NCBI GenBank assembly: GCA_026421245.1
Contig: JAPKDJ010000006.1
Span: forward strand, 12,128 to 76,127
Source: Akkermansiaceae bacterium
Lineage (GTDB): Bacteria > Verrucomicrobiota > Verrucomicrobiia > Verrucomicrobiales > Akkermansiaceae
DNA length: 64,000 nt
Direction of reading: 5' to 3'
Of this stretch, positions 1 to 10,049 are shown in pieces. The position numbers and the translations under genes were made by a program. Position 1 is the stretch's first letter, and each line of letters starts with the position of its first letter. The notes below the pieces were generated by a model, which was not told where the DNA came from, searched no databases, and saw nothing but the letters and a program-made list of their open reading frames with translations.

Positions 1-945
1 GATGTTGAAAAAGACGGTCTCTGGGGCCGCACGTATCTCGACCTCGCTAAAAAGGGAGGCGGCTTTGCAATCGGAGATCAATGGATCGACAACATTTCCA
101 AAGCAAGCATGTCCGCTGGCAATCCCACCATTGTGGACCGCATGCCGAACACCTTCGTCACCAACTATCCCATGACCGATGCCGCCGTCTACTTCGGGTG
201 GTATACCCAACATCGCAACGGCCCTTTTCTGAACAAGGAGATGAAGTTTCAAAAGGGCGCCATTGCCGTTCACCTTCATTCTTTCAGTGGTTCCCAACTC
301 ATCAATCCTGCTAAAAACTGGAGTGCCTCCTTGATCGACCGCGGAGCTGCCGCAACCTTGGGTAACACTTGGGAACCTTATCTCCAGTTCAGCCACCACT
401 TCGATATTTTCTACGACCGCTTGACCAAGGGCTACAGCCTGATCGAGGCCGGCTACATGTCGATGAACGTTCTTTCATGGCAAAACATCGTCATTGGCGA
501 TCCCCTCTATCAACCCTTCAAGAAAACAACAATCTCCAAGGACAAGATGAAAATCGACCGCGACTACAAGCTCATCCGCTACGCTCAAAGCAAGTTCCCC
601 GACGAAAAAACCCGCTACATCGAACTCATCAAAGCCGCCGAAAAAACCAAGAGCGGAACTGTTTACGAAATGGTCGGCTTCCGTTCGCTCGAACTGGAAA
701 ACTATGGCCAAGCCATTAAGTCCTTCGCCCGAGCCAAACAACTCTTCACAAATCCGGCCGACAGGCTCCGACAGGACCTGCATCTTGTCGAAATTGAACG
801 CCGTCGAAAAAACACCGAAGCCGCCCTCAAAATCCTAAAAAAGGCGGAATCGGAATTCAAAGACATCCCGGAAACCAAAGCCCTCGATGGCCTCCTCACC
901 ATTCTTGACCCCCCTGCACCTCCCGCAACCAAGCGCAAAAAGTAG
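1..945 (+). CDS. Conserved hypothetical protein, 5'-partial; possibly TIGR03790-family, with a helical TPR-like C-terminus
   Basis: Frame 1 is open from base 1 (DVEKDGLWGRTYLDLAKKGG...) into the listed 109..945 ORF, so the gene starts upstream of the window. Motifs GAAATLGNTWEPYL and VIGDPLYQPF are followed by a helical repeat-like tail. The family call is from memory only. Confidence 0.6.
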   Translation, partial: DVEKDGLWGRTYLDLAKKGGGFAIGDQWIDNISKASMSAGNPTIVDRMPNTFVTNYPMTDAAVYFGWYTQHRNGPFLNKEMKFQKGAIAVHLHSFSGSQLINPAKNWSASLIDRGAAATLGNTWEPYLQFSHHFDIFYDRLTKGYSLIEAGYMSMNVLSWQNIVIGDPLYQPFKKTTISKDKMKIDRDYKLIRYAQSKFPDEKTRYIELIKAAEKTKSGTVYEMVGFRSLELENYGQAIKSFARAKQLFTNPADRLRQDLHLVEIERRRKNTEAALKILKKAESEFKDIPETKALDGLLTILDPPAPPATKRKK

Positions 946-2327
946 TGATGACCTACCAGCGACTTCTCGAAATCACCGCCGCCCAAGCTCCCGTTCTCTC
1001 CGCGAACGTTGCTTCTCCGGTTTTCAATGAAATCGAGATTCAGTCCCGCTGGTTTTCCGGTAATTTCTCCCGCGAACACCTGTCCAACCACGGCCAAAAT
1101 GTCACCATCGTCTCCCCCGGCGAATGGAATCGTGGCGCCGGCCCTGACTTCCTCGCCGCCACAATCGAAATCGATGGCGTCACATTCCACGGGCCCATCG
1201 AACTCGACCTCGACTCGCGAAACTGGGAACTCCACGGCCACAACCAAAGCGAGTTTTTTGACGACGTCATCCTCCACATCGTCCTCCAGGATTGCGCCCC
1301 CACCTACTTCACCCGCACCTCAAATCACCGCGACGTCCCCCGCATCGTCCTCTCTCCCGATGAGGTCAATGCCGCTCTCGGTCGACCGCGCCTCAACCAG
1401 GGTCTAGCCCGCCCCGGCCTCTGCCTCACGCCCCTTGCAGAAATGCCCGAGGCCGAGGCCTCTGCTCTCCTCAAGGAATCCGCCCTCCACCGCGCCCAAC
1501 GCAAAGCCACTCGCTTCGAACAAACCGCGAATCTTCACAGCTTTTCGCAAGCACTCTGGGAAGCCCTTGCCGACGCTCTTGGCTTCTCCGCCAACCGCCT
1601 CCCCCTGCGCCTCCTCGCGCAACGCCTCCCCGTCAAAAAACTCAACCAGCATACACCCGAAGATCGCGAAGCCATCCTCTTTGGCACCGCCGGTTTCCTC
1701 TCACCCACCTTACACGAAACCGCCCCACCCGATTCACAAGAGTGGCTCGAAGACATCTGGACCCGTTGGTGGAAACACCGTCTCGATTACGAATTTCCCA
1801 CCAACCGTAACCCCGCCTGGTCCACCCGCGCCACCCGTCCCGGCAACCATCCCCAACGCAGACTCGCCGCCCTCGCCGCCGCCGCCGCCCAGTGGAACTC
1901 CCTCTCATCCCTCGCCCGACAAGCCCCACCCTTCACAAACTTTTCAAAAGCCCTCGCCGAACTCAACGAACCGTTTTGGGATCACCACCACACCCTTCAA
2001 TCCAATCGGACTGAAAAGCCCATCAAGCTCCTCGGGAAATCCCGTCTCGAAGAATTCCTCATCAACACCCTTTATCCACTCAATCTCGAAAATTGGGATG
2101 CCTTCGCCAAAGTCCGCGCCGCCGCGCCCAATCAAAAAGTAAAACGCTGCTGCGAACGCCTCTTCGGCTCCCTTGAAAAAGCCAAACCCTATCTCAAGTT
2201 CGCCTGGCAACACCAGGCCCTCCTCCAAGTCTATCAGGACTTCTGCCTCGAAGACCTCTCCGATTGCGCAGACTGCCCCTTCCCCTCACAACTCGCCCAG
2301 TGGAAACCTACCCCCTCCCATGACTGA
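945..2327 (+). CDS. DUF2851 family protein
   Basis: The N-terminal signature IQSRWFSGNF...VTIVSPGEWNRGAGPDFLAATIEIDG...GPIELDLDSRNWELHGH...DDVILHIVL matches the DUF2851 pattern (GxWN..GPDF, W..HGH). It is tightly packed with its neighbours. Confidence 0.8.
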   Translation: MMTYQRLLEITAAQAPVLSANVASPVFNEIEIQSRWFSGNFSREHLSNHGQNVTIVSPGEWNRGAGPDFLAATIEIDGVTFHGPIELDLDSRNWELHGHNQSEFFDDVILHIVLQDCAPTYFTRTSNHRDVPRIVLSPDEVNAALGRPRLNQGLARPGLCLTPLAEMPEAEASALLKESALHRAQRKATRFEQTANLHSFSQALWEALADALGFSANRLPLRLLAQRLPVKKLNQHTPEDREAILFGTAGFLSPTLHETAPPDSQEWLEDIWTRWWKHRLDYEFPTNRNPAWSTRATRPGNHPQRRLAALAAAAAQWNSLSSLARQAPPFTNFSKALAELNEPFWDHHHTLQSNRTEKPIKLLGKSRLEEFLINTLYPLNLENWDAFAKVRAAAPNQKVKRCCERLFGSLEKAKPYLKFAWQHQALLQVYQDFCLEDLSDCADCPFPSQLAQWKPTPSHD

Positions 2328-3423
2328 AGCCGAAGCCCTCATCGCTCTTAACCAACTCCCAAAAACCGGTCCCGTCAAAATCAAACGTCTCATCGAGCAC
2401 TTCGGTTCCGGCGTCAACACCCTCAAGCAACCAAACACCACTCTTCAGCAAGTCCAGGGCATCGGCCCGGATTCCGCAAAGGTGATTTCTGATTGGGAAA
2501 ACCTCACCAATCCGTCCTCCGAACTCACCCTCGCCAAAGAACGCAACATTCAAATCCTCACCCAACAGGACGAAGACTACCCCGCCGCCCTTCGCGATTC
2601 CTACGACGCCCCCGTCATCCTCTACGTCTGGGGCCAACTCGAAGAACGAGACCTTCACTCCATCGGCATCGTCGGCTCAAGAAAACTCACCCACTATGGC
2701 CGAGAAGCCGCCCGCAAATTCGCCTTCCAACTTGCCGGTGCCGGACTCACCGTCATCTCCGGACTCGCCCGTGGCATCGACACCGCCGCCCACGAAGGAG
2801 CCCTCGCCGCCAAAGGCCGCACCATCGGCGTCCTCGGCTCCGGCCTGATGCAAGTCTACCCACCCGAGAACCTCGCCCTCGCCGAAAAAATCGCGGACGG
2901 CAACGGCGCCATCATCTCCGAGTTCCCCCTCCAAACGCCCCCCGACCGCCAAACCTTCCCGCAACGCAATCGCATCGTCGCCCATTGGTCCCGCGCCCTC
3001 CTTGTCGTGGAATGCCCCAGCCGCTCCGGCTCCCTCATCACCGCCAACCTTGCCAACGAAGCCGGCCGACAAATCTACGCCGTCCCCGGTCCCATCGACC
3101 GCCCCACTTCTGCCGGCTGTCACGACCTCATCCGCGAAGGAGCCACCCTCGTCACCGACGGCTCCCAAATCCTCGACGACTTCTCCCACCTCAACTTCTC
3201 CACCCCAAAGGACGAAGAACCCCGTCCCCTCGAAACCTACTTGGACCTAAGCGACGAAGAAAATGCCGTCCTAAAAGCCCTCGACCGCGACGACCAATCC
3301 ATCGACGAAATCGTCCAAAACACCACCCTCCCCACCCACAAAGTCTCTGTCATCCTCATGAAGTTGGAATTGCGGAACCTCATCCAAACCCAACCCGGTC
3401 AACGCTTCACCCGCCGTCGCTAA
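2320..3423 (+). CDS. dprA: DNA-processing protein DprA (Smf)
   Basis: Rossmann-like core GIVGSRKLTHYGREAARKFAFQLAGAGLTVISGLARGIDTAAHEGAL...QRNRIVAHWSRALLVVE...SGSLITA, plus a C-terminal winged-helix-like tail. I chose the internal ATG at 2320 (MTEAEALIALNQLP); it overlaps the DUF2851 stop by 8 nt (ATGACTGA). The listed 2173 start would run through the upstream gene. Confidence 0.9.
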   Translation: MTEAEALIALNQLPKTGPVKIKRLIEHFGSGVNTLKQPNTTLQQVQGIGPDSAKVISDWENLTNPSSELTLAKERNIQILTQQDEDYPAALRDSYDAPVILYVWGQLEERDLHSIGIVGSRKLTHYGREAARKFAFQLAGAGLTVISGLARGIDTAAHEGALAAKGRTIGVLGSGLMQVYPPENLALAEKIADGNGAIISEFPLQTPPDRQTFPQRNRIVAHWSRALLVVECPSRSGSLITANLANEAGRQIYAVPGPIDRPTSAGCHDLIREGATLVTDGSQILDDFSHLNFSTPKDEEPRPLETYLDLSDEENAVLKALDRDDQSIDEIVQNTTLPTHKVSVILMKLELRNLIQTQPGQRFTRRR

Positions 3424-3815
3424 CTCAAAATCAATAAGCCCAGTCCTCTGAAATTAAAAAATAAATCTCATCGCACAGTTCATTGCTCACGCGTAATTTT
3501 CACCAAGTCAGGCATCGCCACGACCCTCACGGCAGGCCGTCCTCATGCCCCAACTGAGCCAAACCCACCCCTCGGTTGATGGCAAAGGGCCCGGTCCGGC
3601 CCTCTTCTGGATCATCATCTCGATCCAACTTATCTTAGGAGGAACTTTTTCATGGAGTGGGTTTCGGCAATTCAAAAAAGCCGTCAAAACTTGAGTTTCA
3701 TAAATGAAAACTACATCCAATGAGTTCTAAATGATGACCATTCCCCATCACCAAATCTCCCTTGTCCAAAAGAAATTCCTTTCCAAGCCCCCCCTTCTCC
3801 CCCTAAGTCCGGCCC

Positions 3816-6374
3816 GTGTCCAAAACTCTCATCATCGCCGAGAAGCCTTCTGTCGCCACGGATCTCTCCAAAGCCCTCGCCAAAACTCTCGGAAAATTCG
3901 AGAAGAAGGGAAGGTCACGTGATGCCCAATATTTCGAGAATGACAAGGCCATGATCACCTCCGCGGTCGGTCACCTCATCGAGCTCAAAATGCCCACCGG
4001 ACCAAACGGCAAGAACCTCCCGTGGAAGTTCGATGTCCTCCCCGCCATCCCCTCAGAATTTGCCCTCCAGCCCATCGAGCAAACCGAAGGCCGCCTCAAG
4101 CACGTCCTGTCACTCGCCCGTAAAAAAGACGTCACTGAAATCGTGAACGCTTGTGATGCCGGCCGTGAAGGTGAACTCATCTTCCAATACATCATGGAAT
4201 ACGGGAACGTCACAAAGCCCGTGAAACGCCTCTGGATGCAATCCATGACCACCGGCGCAATTCAACTCGCCTGGGACTCACTCCGCGAAGGCTCCGAAAT
4301 GTCCAACCTCGCCGATGCTGCCAAGTGCCGTTCCGAGTCAGACTGGCTCGTCGGCCTCAACTCAACCCGCGCCCTCACCTGCTTCCGCTCCCGCCACGGT
4401 GGTTTCAACATCACCGCGGCCGGTCGCGTCCAGACCCCCACTCTTGCAATCCTCGCCAAGCGCGAGAAGGAAATCCAAGCCTTCAAGTCCACCCCTTACG
4501 CCGAAGTCCACGGAACCTTCGGCGTCGCCGCGGGCGACTATGAAGGCAAGTGGGTCGACCTCGCTTTTAAGAAGGACGAAACCAATCCCCACGGGCGTGC
4601 CGAGCGCATTTGGGACAAGGAAAAGGCCAAATCCATCGCTGACCGCTGTCAGAGAAAAAACGGCATCGTCACCGAGCAGAAAAAGCCCACCAAACAAATT
4701 GCTCCCCAGCTTTACGACCTCACCACCCTCCAACGGGAAGCCCCCTTCACCGCCAAAAACACCCTCGGTCTCGCCCAGACGCTTTATGAGCGTCACAAAA
4801 TGGTCACCTATCCCCGAACCGATTCCCGCTATCTCCCCGAGGACTACTTGCCGAACGTGAAGCAAATCGTGGCCGACCTCGCGCAATCCACTTCCGAGCT
4901 CGCCGACTGGGCCAAGGACGCCATCAAAAACGACCGTCTCAAGATGCAAAATCGCATCTTTAATAACGCGAAGGTCTCCGATCACTTCGCAATCATTCCC
5001 ACCGGACGCGTCGTCAAACTCGATGAACCCGCCGCTAAGCTTTACGACATGATCTTGAAGCGCTTCCTCGCCGTCTTCTTCCCCCACGCCGAATTCGAGG
5101 TCACCAAGCGCACCACCACCATCGATCACGGATCCGAAAAGGACACCTTCCATACCGACGGGAAAATCCTCGTCGTTCCCGGCTGGCTCTCCGTTTACGG
5201 CCGCAAGCCTGGCGTCGGTGCCGGTAAGGATGAACTCTGCGTCGTTCAAGAAGGCGAAGACGCCAAGGCTGTCCATATCGAGATGATCGAAAAAGAGACC
5301 AACCCGCCCGCCCGCTACACAGAATCCACCCTCCTCTCTGCCATGGAGGGCGCTGGTAAGCTCATCGATGACGACGAACTCCGCGAAGCAATGTCGGAGC
5401 GTGGCCTTGGCACTCCCGCGACTCGTGCCGCTACGATTGAGGGACTCCTTCGCCAAAAATACCTCACCCGTGATGGTCGCGAACTCATCGCCACCGGCAA
5501 AGGCGTCCGCCTCATCGACCTCCTCCAGGACATGGATGTTAAACCTCTCACCAGCCCCGAAATGACCGGCGACTGGGAGGCCAAACTTCACCGCATGCAA
5601 AAAGGCGAACTCACTCGTGACACCTTCATGAACGAGATCAAGAAGTTCACCGAAAGCGTCGTTCAAAAAGCCCGCAGCCACTACGATGAAATCATTTCTA
5701 AGCCCTTCACAGATCTCAAGTGCATCTGCCCAAACTGCGGCGCTCCCGAGCTCAAGCAAACCGACGCCACCTATGAGTGTCGTGAGCCCGACTGCGGCTT
5801 CCGTGTTTCAAAATACATCGCCGGTCGTCTCCTCGCCGAAGAAGAAGCCACCACCCTTCTAACCACCAAGTTCCTCGAGCCGCGCGACGGCTTCGTCTCC
5901 CGCTTCAATCGCCCCTTCGAGGCAGCCCTCGAACTCACCCAGCAAGTCTCCAAGACCGGGAAAAAGGGCAAATGGAAAACCGGCTTCGTCTTCGATTCCG
6001 ACCTCGAATCCGCCGCAGACCTCACCGACGACCAACTCCTCAAAGAGGTCATCTTGACGAACGGCAAAACCGCCAAACTCTACGAGACCGAGAAAGCCTT
6101 CATGGTCCCCGACATGGTCACCAAGGATAACCCCGATGGCTTCCGCCTCGGAAAAACCATCCTCCAAAAGGAACTCTCCGCCGCTGACGTCGAGGAAATG
6201 CTCACCAAAGGAAAGACCCCTCTCCTTCCCGGATTCATTTCCAAGAAGACCAAACGCGCCTTCGCCGCCCATCTCACCCTCGACCCCGAAACCGCCAAAA
6301 TCGGCTTCGAATTCGCCCCGAGAAAAACGGCCAAGAAAGGCGCGAAGAAGGCAGCGAAGAAGGCAGCAAAGTAG
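3816..6374 (+). CDS. topB: Type IA DNA topoisomerase, topoisomerase III-like, with zinc ribbon, C-terminal repeats and a Lys/Ala tail
   Basis: GTG start. TOPRIM N-terminus [10 protein letters not shown], active-site Tyr region [11 protein letters not shown], zinc ribbon [25 protein letters not shown], two GF(V/I)S+F-type C-terminal repeats, and the tail [13 protein letters not shown]. The dprA-topoisomerase adjacency is common in bacteria. Confidence 0.85.
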   Translation: MSKTLIIAEKPSVATDLSKALAKTLGKFEKKGRSRDAQYFENDKAMITSAVGHLIELKMPTGPNGKNLPWKFDVLPAIPSEFALQPIEQTEGRLKHVLSLARKKDVTEIVNACDAGREGELIFQYIMEYGNVTKPVKRLWMQSMTTGAIQLAWDSLREGSEMSNLADAAKCRSESDWLVGLNSTRALTCFRSRHGGFNITAAGRVQTPTLAILAKREKEIQAFKSTPYAEVHGTFGVAAGDYEGKWVDLAFKKDETNPHGRAERIWDKEKAKSIADRCQRKNGIVTEQKKPTKQIAPQLYDLTTLQREAPFTAKNTLGLAQTLYERHKMVTYPRTDSRYLPEDYLPNVKQIVADLAQSTSELADWAKDAIKNDRLKMQNRIFNNAKVSDHFAIIPTGRVVKLDEPAAKLYDMILKRFLAVFFPHAEFEVTKRTTTIDHGSEKDTFHTDGKILVVPGWLSVYGRKPGVGAGKDELCVVQEGEDAKAVHIEMIEKETNPPARYTESTLLSAMEGAGKLIDDDELREAMSERGLGTPATRAATIEGLLRQKYLTRDGRELIATGKGVRLIDLLQDMDVKPLTSPEMTGDWEAKLHRMQKGELTRDTFMNEIKKFTESVVQKARSHYDEIISKPFTDLKCICPNCGAPELKQTDATYECREPDCGFRVSKYIAGRLLAEEEATTLLTTKFLEPRDGFVSRFNRPFEAALELTQQVSKTGKKGKWKTGFVFDSDLESAADLTDDQLLKEVILTNGKTAKLYETEKAFMVPDMVTKDNPDGFRLGKTILQKELSAADVEEMLTKGKTPLLPGFISKKTKRAFAAHLTLDPETAKIGFEFAPRKTAKKGAKKAAKKAAK

Positions 6375-7055
6375 ATCCAATCGATCTCATTCCAGTTCTA
6401 CATATTCCTTCGCTAATCAGAGCGTTCCCGACGCTTCATCAATTGGTAGTAACTGAGGGATCCCAAAGTTGAAGAAACACCTATGATCATAGCAATAGTT
6501 TCGGCTCCCCATTTGCCGAAGTAGCGATCTTCGATCCACCTCGATCCTCGTAGCCTCAGCCTGCGTCGCCAACGCCGCAGTGTTTCTTCCGATCAGCGCA
6601 TTCGGCCACAACATGGTCTCAGCCAATCCAGGCGGTGACCCCGAAATGATCGGCGGTCCTGGCACCGGTTTCGATGCCGCGGAACCCCACAGCAAGTTGG
6701 GCGAAGACTCAGGGAGTTTTCCCACACTCAGACCCCCTCCCCTTCTCCCTTGAAAAATCTCACGCCAGCAATTCGATTTTTGATCGAAACAGCCCCATCG
6801 GGCGGGTCGCTCCAACTGAGAGGATCGCGGGGGGCTTAGCCTGCTCTTCCCCTTTTCCATTGCTTGATTTGAAGATCATCGTGCTGCGTTTCGTGCAAAA
6901 GGTGGTTATGAGTGCTGGGATGATGCCGAAAGGGGTGGGGTCAAATCGGGCCTAAACCAGCACCGCTTTAATGAAAAAACGCCACAAAGTTTTGTTTACC
7001 AATTCGTTGTGGTGTCTTTGTCGCAGTGGATGGAGGAGCACTCAAAAACAAGCGC

Positions 7056-7093
7056 CCCTCCCCCGCGGCACCTCAAAATTGAGGCCGCCGGGG
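7056..7093. terminator. Imperfect GC-rich hairpin just downstream of the 7098..7565 minus-strand gene
   Basis: CCCCGCGGCA-CCTC-AAAATT-GAGG-CCGCCGGGG: a clean 4-bp inner stem and an imperfect GC outer stem. T-rich sequence follows on both strands (CATTTTATTT on plus; CTTGTTTTTG about 10 nt away on minus). Confidence 0.3.
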
Positions 7094-7097
7094 CATT

Positions 7098-7565
7098 TTA
7101 TTTACGGAAGAAATCCCACACCCACCGCCTCAGATAATACAAAATAACCCCAATCACAGCTGCAAAGATAGCAATCCTGAATACTCCGTTTGCAATAAGT
7201 AGGGCAACTCCAATGAATCCAACTAGAGGCATAACGAGAAAACCTCCCCCGAGGATCATGAAAGAATCTTTCCATGTCGACCCGCCCCACCCGAACCTAA
7301 GCACGAGAGAAAAATATAAAAGCGGTGGCCAAATAAAGACGGTCATCCAGACCCCAGCCATGCAAAGCATTTTCAATGAGAAGCCGGGAGCTGGAACTAA
7401 ATATTCCTCAACCTGCAAATAGAGAGATGAGCTGGTAACCCCGTCCACCAAATAGAGAGATAAGCTGGTAACCCAGCCCACCCCCAAAACCAACCAAAGG
7501 ATTATTGGAGCTAGTAACAAAAAAAGAGACCACCACGCTTTCTCTGGTTTATTATCTTCAGCCAT
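7098..7565 (-). CDS. Hypothetical polytopic membrane protein (about 4 TM)
   Basis: A 155-aa ORF with several hydrophobic spans (WWSLFLLLAPIILWLVLGVGW..., FLVMPLVGFIGVALLIANGVF..., IAIFAAVIGVILYYL). It looks more AT-rich than neighbouring genes. No family recognised. Confidence 0.55.
   Translation of the reverse strand: MAEDNKPEKAWWSLFLLLAPIILWLVLGVGWVTSLSLYLVDGVTSSSLYLQVEEYLVPAPGFSLKMLCMAGVWMTVFIWPPLLYFSLVLRFGWGGSTWKDSFMILGGGFLVMPLVGFIGVALLIANGVFRIAIFAAVIGVILYYLRRWVWDFFRK
7416..7481. repeat. Direct 33-bp tandem duplication inside the 7098..7565 gene
   Basis: CAAATAGAGAGATGAGCTGGTAACCCCGTCCAC (7416-7448) is followed immediately by CAAATAGAGAGATAAGCTGGTAACCCAGCCCAC (7449-7481), with 3 mismatches. 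It is in frame and encodes the duplicated peptide GWVTSLSLYLVD / GVTSSSLYLQV. Confidence 0.9.
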
Positions 7566-7872
7566 ACAGATTAATTTTGAGAGGGACTATATGCCTTATC
7601 CGGTGGTCATTTCAAGATTCAAACCTTCCCCCAAACCGGATATCCCGATTTCCTCTTCCCCCGCAATCATTTTCCGCAGCCCTTTGGGAACAAGGGTCGC
7701 AGCAGGTCGTGCCCAAGTGCATGCATGAAAATTGTTCGACGCTGAAAAGAGCCATTTGAGATGCTCTATTGCCCCCCACTGTTACACGAAAAGCCAGAGA
7801 CCCAACGCTCCCAATGGATGGAGTCGGGTGCGGAGTCTGGCATTCCAGTGTGCGGGGCCTTGAACGACAAAC

Positions 7873-9678
7873 TTAATGCTCCGTCGCCGCCGTTTCCTCC
7901 CCTCCGGGATAGCGGACCTTGTCGATCAAGTCGGTCACTTCCTTTGGAGGAGCCTTAGTGAAGGATGCCACTACAAAGGCCACGACGAAGTTGACCAGCA
8001 TTCCCAAGAAGCCGATTCCTTCCGGCGAGATCCCAAAGAGATACTGATCCTTCGTTCCTCCCATGAACTGGAAGTAAACAATGTAGCTCATCGTAAAGAG
8101 GATTCCGCAAATCATTCCGGAAATCGCACCTTCTTTGTTCATTCTACGGGAGAAAATTCCCATCAACAAAGTCGGGAAGAACGACGAAGCAGCAAGACCG
8201 AAGGCAAAGGCCACCGTCTTTGCCACAAAGGTCGAAGGCGGATTGATGCCAAAGTAAATCGCAACGATCAGTGCCCCGAGCGAGGCCAGACGAGCATACT
8301 TGATTTCCTCTTTGTCAGAAAGATCGGGCTTCACGATTTTCTTCATCAAATCGTGTGAGATCGAAGTCGAGAGCACCAAAAGCAGCCCGGCCGCAGTCGA
8401 AAGCGCAGCCGCAATACAACCCGCCATCAACAAGGCAATGGCCCATTTCGGAAGCCCCCCCATGTAGGGATTCGCCATCACCATGACGTCGTTGCCAAAG
8501 TAGAGTTCGTTTGGATTATCGGTCACCACCTCATTCGTCACGACCTTTTCACCTGAAGGACCGGTCGCGCCGTCCTTGAAAACGGGTTTTCCTGTAAAAA
8601 CTAAACCCGATTTCCCTGATTCAGACTTCCCGGCACCCCAATACTGGATTCTTCCATCACCGTTTTTATCCACCCAGGCCATTTGGCCGGTCTCTTCAAA
8701 TTCTTGAAACCACGATGGTGTCTCGGTGTAGGATTTATCGTTGAGATTCTCGATCAGGTTTACCCTTGAAAAGGCTCCAATCGTCGGAGCTGTCAGATAG
8801 ATCACCGCAATAAATGCCAGCGTCCAGCATGCCGAGGTCCGCACCGCCTTGACATCCTTCACCGTGAAGAAACGCACAATGACATGTGGCAATCCCGCCG
8901 TGCCACACATTAGGGCCGCCGTAATGCAGAACATATCGATCTTTGACAACGAGCCATCAGTATATTTCGTGAATCCAAGGTCCGTATTGATCCTGTTCAG
9001 CTTTTCCAAAAACGGAACGGCATTCTCTCCGGCCGTATAGTCACCGATGAATCCGAGCTGCGGAATGAAATTATTGGTCAGCGCAATCGCGATGAAAATC
9101 GCCGGAATCGTATAAGCAAAAGCCATCACACAATACTGCGCAACCTGAGTGTAAGTAATCCCTTTCATCCCTCCCAGACCGGCATAGAAAAAGACAATCG
9201 CTCCTCCCACAATCACACCCGTTGCGATCTTAATCCCGAAAAGCTGGGAAAAGACCAGTCCCACCCCGCGCATCTGCCCCATGATGTAGGTCAGGCAAAT
9301 AAAGATCGCACAAACCACCGCCACTAAGCGTGCCGTTTTTGAGTAGTAGCGATCCCCAACAAAATCAGGCACGGTCGCTTTCCCGAATTTCCTCAGGAAT
9401 GGGACCATCAAAACGGTCAAAAGAACGAAGCCGCCCGTCCAGCCCATCAAAAAACGCGAGCCGTCATATCCCCCGATGGCAAGTGAACCCGCCATCGAAA
9501 TAAAGGTCGCCGCACTCATCCAATCCGCCGCCGTTGCCATCCCGTTTGCAAACGGAGACACTCCGCCTCCAGCGGTGTAATACTCACTCGTAGAGCGCGC
9601 CCGTTGCCGAACCGCAATTCCGATGTAGAGAGCAAAAGAGAGCCCAATGAAGATGAAATTCCAAGTGTCTTGACTCAT
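7873..9678 (-). CDS. Sodium:solute symporter family permease, ActP-like (cation/acetate symporter type)
   Basis: N-terminus [41 protein letters not shown]... is typical of the SSF/ActP-like family. Multi-TM, 601 aa, overlapping a DUF4212 small-subunit gene by 4 nt. Confidence 0.9.
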   Translation of the reverse strand: MSQDTWNFIFIGLSFALYIGIAVRQRARSTSEYYTAGGGVSPFANGMATAADWMSAATFISMAGSLAIGGYDGSRFLMGWTGGFVLLTVLMVPFLRKFGKATVPDFVGDRYYSKTARLVAVVCAIFICLTYIMGQMRGVGLVFSQLFGIKIATGVIVGGAIVFFYAGLGGMKGITYTQVAQYCVMAFAYTIPAIFIAIALTNNFIPQLGFIGDYTAGENAVPFLEKLNRINTDLGFTKYTDGSLSKIDMFCITAALMCGTAGLPHVIVRFFTVKDVKAVRTSACWTLAFIAVIYLTAPTIGAFSRVNLIENLNDKSYTETPSWFQEFEETGQMAWVDKNGDGRIQYWGAGKSESGKSGLVFTGKPVFKDGATGPSGEKVVTNEVVTDNPNELYFGNDVMVMANPYMGGLPKWAIALLMAGCIAAALSTAAGLLLVLSTSISHDLMKKIVKPDLSDKEEIKYARLASLGALIVAIYFGINPPSTFVAKTVAFAFGLAASSFFPTLLMGIFSRRMNKEGAISGMICGILFTMSYIVYFQFMGGTKDQYLFGISPEGIGFLGMLVNFVVAFVVASFTKAPPKEVTDLIDKVRYPGGEETAATEH

Positions 9679-9953
9679 TTCGTCTCCTCCTCATCGTGTG
9701 CGAGAGTATCTTCAAGGCGAGCCATACGAACCGCGTAGGCCACCAAAATCAGAACAAAACAGATGATTGACCCTTGCTGGGCCATCCAAAATCCAAACGG
9801 TGCCGAACCAACCGCGGGGAAACTTTGATCCAGCCAATCCCGGAATAGAATCCCGCATCCGAAAGAAACGACGAACCAGATGACAAGAAGCACTCCCACG
9901 CACCTTAAATGTGCTTTCCAATAGCGCCCTTTGGCTGCGTTTAATTTTCCCAT
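9675..9953 (-). CDS. DUF4212 protein (putative solute:sodium symporter small subunit)
   Basis: Two-TM small protein, [21 protein letters not shown]...[26 protein letters not shown], in the conserved position directly upstream of an ActP-like permease. Start set at the internal ATG at 9953 (MGKLNAAKG). Confidence 0.85.
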   Translation of the reverse strand: MGKLNAAKGRYWKAHLRCVGVLLVIWFVVSFGCGILFRDWLDQSFPAVGSAPFGFWMAQQGSIICFVLILVAYAVRMARLEDTLAHDEEETK

Positions 9954-9956
9954 AGC

Positions 9957-9983
9957 AATTGTGTTCCAGTAGGAATAACAATT
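9957..9983. promoter_or_regulatory. Imperfect inverted repeat in the divergent promoter region between the DUF4212-actP-like genes and the aas-like gene
   Basis: AATTGTGTTCC-AGTA-GGAATAACAATT: 10 matched positions with a 1-nt bulge, beginning 4 nt upstream of the DUF4212 start codon. Its function is not established. Confidence 0.2.
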
Positions 9984-10049
9984 CACCCACGCCCCTGAAA
10001 GACAGAAAGCAATTCAACCCTCATTTTTCGTTTTGACACCGGCCATTTC

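Noticed and set aside
2493-3437. 314-aa plus-strand ORF, extremely Arg/Pro-rich, in an alternative frame of dprA. Similar Pro/Ser/Thr-rich alternative-frame ORFs are at 1435-2142, 47338-48188 and 60348-61238.
   Set aside because: These are low-complexity frames nested in, or antisense to, genes with clear family signatures. There is no independent evidence for them.
3424-3815. 392-bp dprA-topB spacer containing an AT-rich patch, small hairpins and a 70-aa minus-strand ORF.
   Set aside because: The hairpins are short (5-6 bp) and lack T-tracts, and the ORF has no motifs. The region is probably just the topB promoter and leader.
4362-5759. 465-aa minus-strand ORF antisense to topB. Similar long antisense ORFs occur at 27454-28542, 41064-42257, 25311-26156, 48642-49310 and 61957-62766.
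   Set aside because: Each lies fully inside a well-supported gene on the other strand. They are Gly/Glu/Val/Asp-rich with no motifs. This is the usual stop-codon-poor mirror frame of genes with strong GC3 bias.
6417-6860. 147-aa minus-strand ORF in the topB-downstream gap.
   Set aside because: No recognisable motif, and its codon third positions are unlike neighbouring genes. An overlapping plus-strand frame looks equally protein-like. Not called as a CDS; the region is flagged as a gap instead.
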